From: a virus
Taxonomy: Duplodnaviria > Caudoviricetes
Length of the DNA: 64,000 bases
Reading direction: 5' to 3' (one strand)
Virus record (IMG/VR): IMGVR_UViG_3300033074_000806
Location: 66,588-130,587 of that record
The position numbers were made by a program, and so were the translations under genes. Below are positions 59,106 to 64,000 of this stretch, piece after piece. Position 1 is the stretch's first letter, and each line of letters starts with the position of its first letter. The notes below the pieces were generated by a model. It was not told the DNA's origin and searched no databases. It saw only the letters and a program-made list of their open reading frames with translations.

Positions 59106-60128
59106 TCAATTTTTTAATACGAAAAACAGTTCGTTCCAAACAGTGGGGCCGCTATAACCAAACGAGGACATCATGCGCGACTCACGAGGAGCGCTAGTTA
59201 AAGGAGGGCAGCATAGGACCCAGGTAGGGCCGAAGTAAGTGCTATTTCCGTGGTTAGCAGTCACTTGCACAGTAAACGGTAGGCGCGAGGCTGTAACAGC
59301 ACTAGGTATTGGTTCAGATATATGATTACCAATATAGACTATTGATTTTGAATAGTCAATATATGATAAGCAATGTAATTCGCCGTGATCAATAGGTGTT
59401 GGTGTTGTAGCTATACCTGCTGACACTGTAACAAAACATTCATCGGCCTCTAGTAGATAAGAGGCTCTTAGTAGAGTGCTATTGCCCTGTCTAATTACAT
59501 TAACCTCTTCTTCAAATTCAAACTGTAAGCTTGAACATTGTGTATCTCTAAAAATTGATTTAGATCCTAACACTGTATCTGTCATTGGAATAGATATTAC
59601 AGTATCAAAAAATCTATGCGGCTGCAACATCCCTGTAGTAAACAAAGTTATGCACGCGTTCTGATTACTAGGATTATATACAGGCGTATCAAAAATTAGT
59701 TCAGTTGTTATATAATCTCCTATAATTGCATCTATACCCCCATTAGGGAACCTAGGATAGGTTAATGGTAGATTAATATTTTTTGATAGCATTGCTATTC
59801 TATAATCCAATAGGTTATGTGAATTTATATCAATCATATCCTCAGGATTACGTGTTCCGAAGGAGATAGCTACTTCTACCTGCCAGTTACAGGCTGGAAA
59901 CATGCGGTTAGGCAGCAGTCTGAAGCTGTTGCGTAAACTAATTGAGGAGTAGTATCCCTGCGGTAAATCTTTTATTAAAATAGCAACTGTGCCGCCATTT
60001 ACAGGGTCAGTTGATATAGTTGTATGGGAATTTCCAGCATACAAGTTATAGTCTTTAGGATACCAAAGGTATTGAGCGTTGCAAACTAAACTAAGAGTTA
60101 ATAAACATGCTATCAATTTTTTGATCAT
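59106..60128 (-). CDS. Secreted hypothetical protein (signal peptide), 340 aa
   Basis: MIKK + hydrophobic core + CNA/Q cleavage-like site; GGAGA SD upstream. Confidence 0.6.
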   Translation of the reverse strand: MIKKLIACLLTLSLVCNAQYLWYPKDYNLYAGNSHTTISTDPVNGGTVAILIKDLPQGYYSSISLRNSFRLLPNRMFPACNWQVEVAISFGTRNPEDMIDINSHNLLDYRIAMLSKNINLPLTYPRFPNGGIDAIIGDYITTELIFDTPVYNPSNQNACITLFTTGMLQPHRFFDTVISIPMTDTVLGSKSIFRDTQCSSLQFEFEEEVNVIRQGNSTLLRASYLLEADECFVTVSAGIATTPTPIDHGELHCLSYIDYSKSIVYIGNHISEPIPSAVTASRLPFTVQVTANHGNSTYFGPTWVLCCPPLTSAPRESRMMSSFGYSGPTVWNELFFVLKN

Positions 60129-60163
60129 AAGGGTATTCTCCTAGAATAGTTTGCGATCTAACT

Positions 60164-63100
60164 TTATACGTTTAGCTTTACTTTTGGTGGCGCTTCTTCG
60201 TTGACATCGAACTCTGAGCGTATTTTAAATGATCCACTTTTAGTTTTGATTTCTATTGGTGCCGTCTGAACTATCAATTCAGATCGAGCATTTAAAAGCC
60301 TAGTAGTGCTAGGATCAAAATCAAAGAAGATTGAGCCCTTCTCTCCTGCAGCGCACTTATTTTTTTGAAAGTCTAGTTCTATTACTGGCTTCCAGAATCC
60401 TTCTGTTCCCCACTTAGCATTACAGTGTTGTATGTTGCCATACTTACCCTGTGATTCATTCCATACTACAGCAATAGCATCAAAATCATATTCTAGCTTT
60501 CCTGATTCAGCTATAGACATTAGGTTAGGCTTCTCATCAGTCCTATTTTTTACTAGTTCCATGGTAGCTAACACTGTGCATGGTATTCTAGTAGTTAGGC
60601 TTTTAGCCCAACCTGAACTGGAGATCATTTTTGATCTCATTTCTGCGCCATCATCTCCTGCTATATTATTTAATGAATCAATACAGAATAGGATCTGATT
60701 ATTAGACTCATTCTGAAAGCTACTAATCCAATGCTCTGCTTTATTTTTTGATCTACCAAACAGATCATCTTTGATTATTAGTTTTTTTTCTTCTGTCCAT
60801 TTTATAAGCAATCGTTGCGCGGCTTTAATGGCTTCATCTTCTTCTGGAGATCTAGGAAGCATGTTTCTAACCTTCTTTATATGGACTCCAGATAGCATAG
60901 CTACTAGTCTATAGCCTATTGTCTTTCTATTATCATCTATGGCCCAATATAATACACTTAGATCTTCATTGTTATTTAGAATAGCTTGAGTGACAATATT
61001 TAAAAGCATGGCTGACTTGGCATGCTGCGGTGCGCCAGCTAATCCAATAGCTACGCCGCCTCTATTTGGTTTTGCTAATCCATCTAGCTTATCATCAAGG
61101 ATTTGATATCCTGTTTTCCAGCCATGTATCCCTGACTTTTGGGCATTCATGTCAGAAAATATTCCTGACCATACCTCAACAGACTCGGCCGTAGATATCA
61201 AATATTTATCTTCTTTAGTATTAGATCCTTCTTTTAACTCAGATAAAGAAGTGCTTAGAAGTTGCTCTAATGTGTCAGGATCATTAGTATTTTTTAATTT
61301 CTTTTCTAACTTATTCTTTATAGAGTTGGCTTGTGAGCCTTGGATTCTATAGATTTCAGCTTCAAGATCATCTTTAGATACTCCTGTCTTATCAGACAGT
61401 ATCTTAATCATTCTCCCGCGCTCAATTCTATTCTCCTCATTCATCAACAGCTTAATAGTTTCTTTAGCAAAAGAAATAGCTTCTTCAGACTCTTTTACTA
61501 GGTCTCCTATTTTTTCTAGGCTGTGTTCAAAGGCGCCAATTGTTTTTATTTTTCTATAAGCATCTATACCATAAGTTTTAATGTAATAATCAGCATCATT
61601 ATTACCCTTATCCTTTTCGATGTCTTCTGTTGGAATTGGCAGCTTGGTTATAGTTACTTTAAGGCCTTGGAACCCAGAGAATCTCTCTATATAGACTTTA
61701 GAGAGCCTAGTTCCCGTATCATCTACATCCATTACATAGTTGATATGCCTAAAGCCAAGCTCATATAGTAGCTGTGCATGATCAGCAGTAAAGGCTGTGC
61801 CGCCCATAGCTACACAAGTTCTATAGCCCGCTTGATAAGCAGTTACATAGCTACCATAGCCTTCGAATATATCTAGTCTTAGCCCAGTATATTTGCTAGC
61901 TATATTTAAACCATATAACAATTTATCTTTTTGATAGAAAGGATTTTTATACTCACTGGTGTTGCAATATTTTTCGATGTCTCCATCTTTCTTAAAATCC
62001 ATATTGCGACAAACAAAGCCGCGGACCTTATCTTTATGATCCTTAATACAGAATGTTAATTTAGTGGGACCAAATAGTTTACTATCTATTCCCATGTCAA
62101 TTAATTGATCTTTAGATAGATCAGTTTTTACTGCAAGTGCAGATATGAATGCATCAAAGTTTAAGATTGTTCCTATTCCTAATGATATTGCAGTATCTTC
62201 TGCCCAGCCTCTTGTTCTAGCATGGCTGAAATCAATAAAGCTATAGCTTCCTAGTGTATTCTTACTAAACATTAATGCAACTGCGGCATTATATACCTTA
62301 GTATACTTAATGTCTAAGATTTGTTGTTCAGATAGCTCTATCTTTTCATGCTCTATTTCATATTTGTCTAGTATATATGACAAATTTTCAGTTAAAAAGC
62401 CGGGGCCATAAAGAGGTTTACCTTCTAGGTAGTGTGCGGCAGTATAAATATCGCCAGATCTCTGACAGTTGTGAACTACTCCTAGCTTTGTTAAGAAGGT
62501 TTCGTTTCCTTCTACCGATATATCTACTACTATCCTTCTAGTATCGCCATCAGTAATTTCTTCAACTGCCTCAACTTGGCTTATGTAATAGATTGTATTG
62601 TCAATCTCTTGATAGAATCCTGACAGTCCTTCTCTAGTTTTTATAGTTAGAATCCAGCTTTCTCTATGATAAGTTCCGTCTTTATCTGTATAAGCAGAGC
62701 TATAGGACACAGACGGTAACAATAAACAATCTACACATAATCTGAATAGACCGTTTATCATTTTTTTAGACGTTGTTACTGAAGTGTTATATACTCTATT
62801 CTTTTTGGTTAATTTAGAACTTCCATCTCCATCTAGATATCCATTTAGGAACTCCAGTTTATGTTCCAGATCCCATGTAAATATCTCTTCTGGAATTTTT
62901 TTGTCCCATGCTCCTGCTCCAAACTTTTCCTGAAACATATGGCTTAATGAAGTATTCCCACACATTACTGTGCAAGTATTTCGCTCTGGCTTTAGAAATT
63001 TTGTAGACTCTAGTCCTATATTCTTTAAAGCTAAAACTACATCATCTGCCAGAGTGTATGTCTCATCTATATTAAACGTAAACTCTATATACCCTCTTCC

Positions 63101-63805
63101 TGTATTACCTTCTGCCATGTATAGTCCCAGCATCCTGGCAATTTCTGGAGACTGGTTTAGTTGCTTTATTACTACTGGCTTAGGGCCTTTACCTTTCCAT
63201 TTATAAGTGTTTATAATACTTGTGACCTTCCCTACTATATTACAAACAGGAAAGGCTATGAAGTCATACGGAGAAACTTCATCTGCTCTCTTCTCAACAA
63301 AAGGAACTGATATATTTTTTGGCTTCTTATATATCCCTTTCCATCCTATCCCATATGGCCTAGAAGAATTATTGAAAATAAATGGAACCTCTTTCTTTAG
63401 ATCCTCAAATTCTAACACAACCATAGTATGATCACTAGTTAGGATTAGTGGATCTCTATAGGCACCGGTAGAAATCTTTAGAATGTCAGTTCTTTCTTTA
63501 TCTTCTCTAGCTAGAACTTTCTTTAAAGTTCCATCTATACTATAAACTTTATCCCCGACTTCTATTTTACCTATAGGGACTAGTCCTTTCTCTGTCCATA
63601 TATGTTCATTTTCATCCAGGCACCCTAGGCAGTGAAATTCTTCTCCGTTGCTAGCGGGTATGATACCACAGCTAGGATTACTATCATCATGGTCAGGATG
63701 GATACAACTAAATAGTCCATTCTTATTAAATTCAATTCCTTTTTCTGTCAGATACTCTTGTAAATATGGGCGGCCACGTTCTTTTAGATCATTAATATCA
63801 ATCAT
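60164..63805 (-). CDS. DNA primase-helicase fusion (CHC2 zinc finger, TOPRIM, DnaB-like helicase) containing an intein
   Basis: CIHPDHDD..PSC...FHCLG|CQRSGD zinc finger, KYCNT, FEGY, GGTAFT, MDVD, GAPQHAKS, IDSL, ESGKLEYDFD, QKNK. Confidence 0.9.
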   Translation of the reverse strand: MIDINDLKERGRPYLQEYLTEKGIEFNKNGLFSCIHPDHDDSNPSCGIIPASNGEEFHCLGCLDENEHIWTEKGLVPIGKIEVGDKVYSIDGTLKKVLAREDKERTDILKISTGAYRDPLILTSDHTMVVLEFEDLKKEVPFIFNNSSRPYGIGWKGIYKKPKNISVPFVEKRADEVSPYDFIAFPVCNIVGKVTSIINTYKWKGKGPKPVVIKQLNQSPEIARMLGLYMAEGNTGRGYIEFTFNIDETYTLADDVVLALKNIGLESTKFLKPERNTCTVMCGNTSLSHMFQEKFGAGAWDKKIPEEIFTWDLEHKLEFLNGYLDGDGSSKLTKKNRVYNTSVTTSKKMINGLFRLCVDCLLLPSVSYSSAYTDKDGTYHRESWILTIKTREGLSGFYQEIDNTIYYISQVEAVEEITDGDTRRIVVDISVEGNETFLTKLGVVHNCQRSGDIYTAAHYLEGKPLYGPGFLTENLSYILDKYEIEHEKIELSEQQILDIKYTKVYNAAVALMFSKNTLGSYSFIDFSHARTRGWAEDTAISLGIGTILNFDAFISALAVKTDLSKDQLIDMGIDSKLFGPTKLTFCIKDHKDKVRGFVCRNMDFKKDGDIEKYCNTSEYKNPFYQKDKLLYGLNIASKYTGLRLDIFEGYGSYVTAYQAGYRTCVAMGGTAFTADHAQLLYELGFRHINYVMDVDDTGTRLSKVYIERFSGFQGLKVTITKLPIPTEDIEKDKGNNDADYYIKTYGIDAYRKIKTIGAFEHSLEKIGDLVKESEEAISFAKETIKLLMNEENRIERGRMIKILSDKTGVSKDDLEAEIYRIQGSQANSIKNKLEKKLKNTNDPDTLEQLLSTSLSELKEGSNTKEDKYLISTAESVEVWSGIFSDMNAQKSGIHGWKTGYQILDDKLDGLAKPNRGGVAIGLAGAPQHAKSAMLLNIVTQAILNNNEDLSVLYWAIDDNRKTIGYRLVAMLSGVHIKKVRNMLPRSPEEDEAIKAAQRLLIKWTEEKKLIIKDDLFGRSKNKAEHWISSFQNESNNQILFCIDSLNNIAGDDGAEMRSKMISSSGWAKSLTTRIPCTVLATMELVKNRTDEKPNLMSIAESGKLEYDFDAIAVVWNESQGKYGNIQHCNAKWGTEGFWKPVIELDFQKNKCAAGEKGSIFFDFDPSTTRLLNARSELIVQTAPIEIKTKSGSFKIRSEFDVNEEAPPKVKLNV
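62468..63622 (-). mobile_element. Intein, 385 aa, with LAGLIDADG homing endonuclease
   Basis: Starts CLDENEHI, block B LTSDH, LGLYMAEG and FLNGYLDGDG endonuclease motifs, ends VVHN followed by Cys+1. Confidence 0.92.
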
Positions 63806-63977
63806 TTATTTGTTCTAATCCTTCTAGTAAATCTTCTTTCTTATCTAATTTTTTAATTGCTTTCTTCAATAGTTTTCTAAGCTTCTTTGAATCTTTACCA
63901 CAGCACGGACAATCGGGCCAGCCAGGTCCTAACTTTTTTCGTAGTTTCTTTAGTAATTTTTTGTTAAGGTTGGGCAT
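63798..63977 (-). CDS. Small basic protein with GPGWPDCPCC motif, 59 aa (not in ORF track)
   Basis: MPNLNKKLLKKLRKKLGPGWPDCPCCGKDSKKLR...; its stop overlaps the primase start. Confidence 0.55.
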   Translation of the reverse strand: MPNLNKKLLKKLRKKLGPGWPDCPCCGKDSKKLRKLLKKAIKKLDKKEDLLEGLEQIND

Positions 63978-64000
63978 ATTACTAGGTTTATATAGCTACT

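Noticed and set aside
1-64000. Genome-wide stop-codon reassignment (TGA or TAG), suggested by the UCA within the tRNA loop
   Set aside because: Long genes are uninterrupted in code 11, and many end in TGA with ATGA coupling; coding density is already near complete.

Overview
This window looks like a segment of a large, AT-rich tailed phage genome using the standard genetic code. It has three parts. (1) 1-40.3 kb, + strand: a tightly coupled virion and tail operon. It holds a baseplate-wedge-like gene, very large proteins carrying beta-helix, LamG-like, FN3 and GH5-like domains, a four-member paralogous structural family (one member split in two), a holin/lipoprotein trio, repeat-built tail fibres and a terminal sigma-70-like factor. 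(2) 40.3-56.7 kb, - strand: a soluble glycosylation operon with 7 glycosyltransferases, a methyltransferase, RmlD/RmlC-like, RfbH, WecB, a UDP-sugar dehydrogenase and further SDRs, and no flippase, polymerase or priming transferase. (3) 56.7-64 kb, - strand: a Cas4-like nuclease, an unusual tRNA, a secreted protein and an intein-containing primase-helicase. Two candidate new systems stand out. A: a tRNA with an 8-nt anticodon loop (UUCA) sits 10 nt upstream of a leader ORF, ATG-ACT-TGAA-..., that reaches a RAPP ribosome-arrest motif only if UGAA is read as a quadruplet (+1 shift). RAPP lies 4 nt from a hairpin that hides the Shine-Dalgarno site of the next gene, suggesting a tRNA-gated translational switch. 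B: particular virion proteins and domains are strongly enriched in (S/T)-G dipeptides, a candidate sequon for the adjacent phage-encoded glycosylation machinery. All calls come from reading motifs by eye; no database searches were run.
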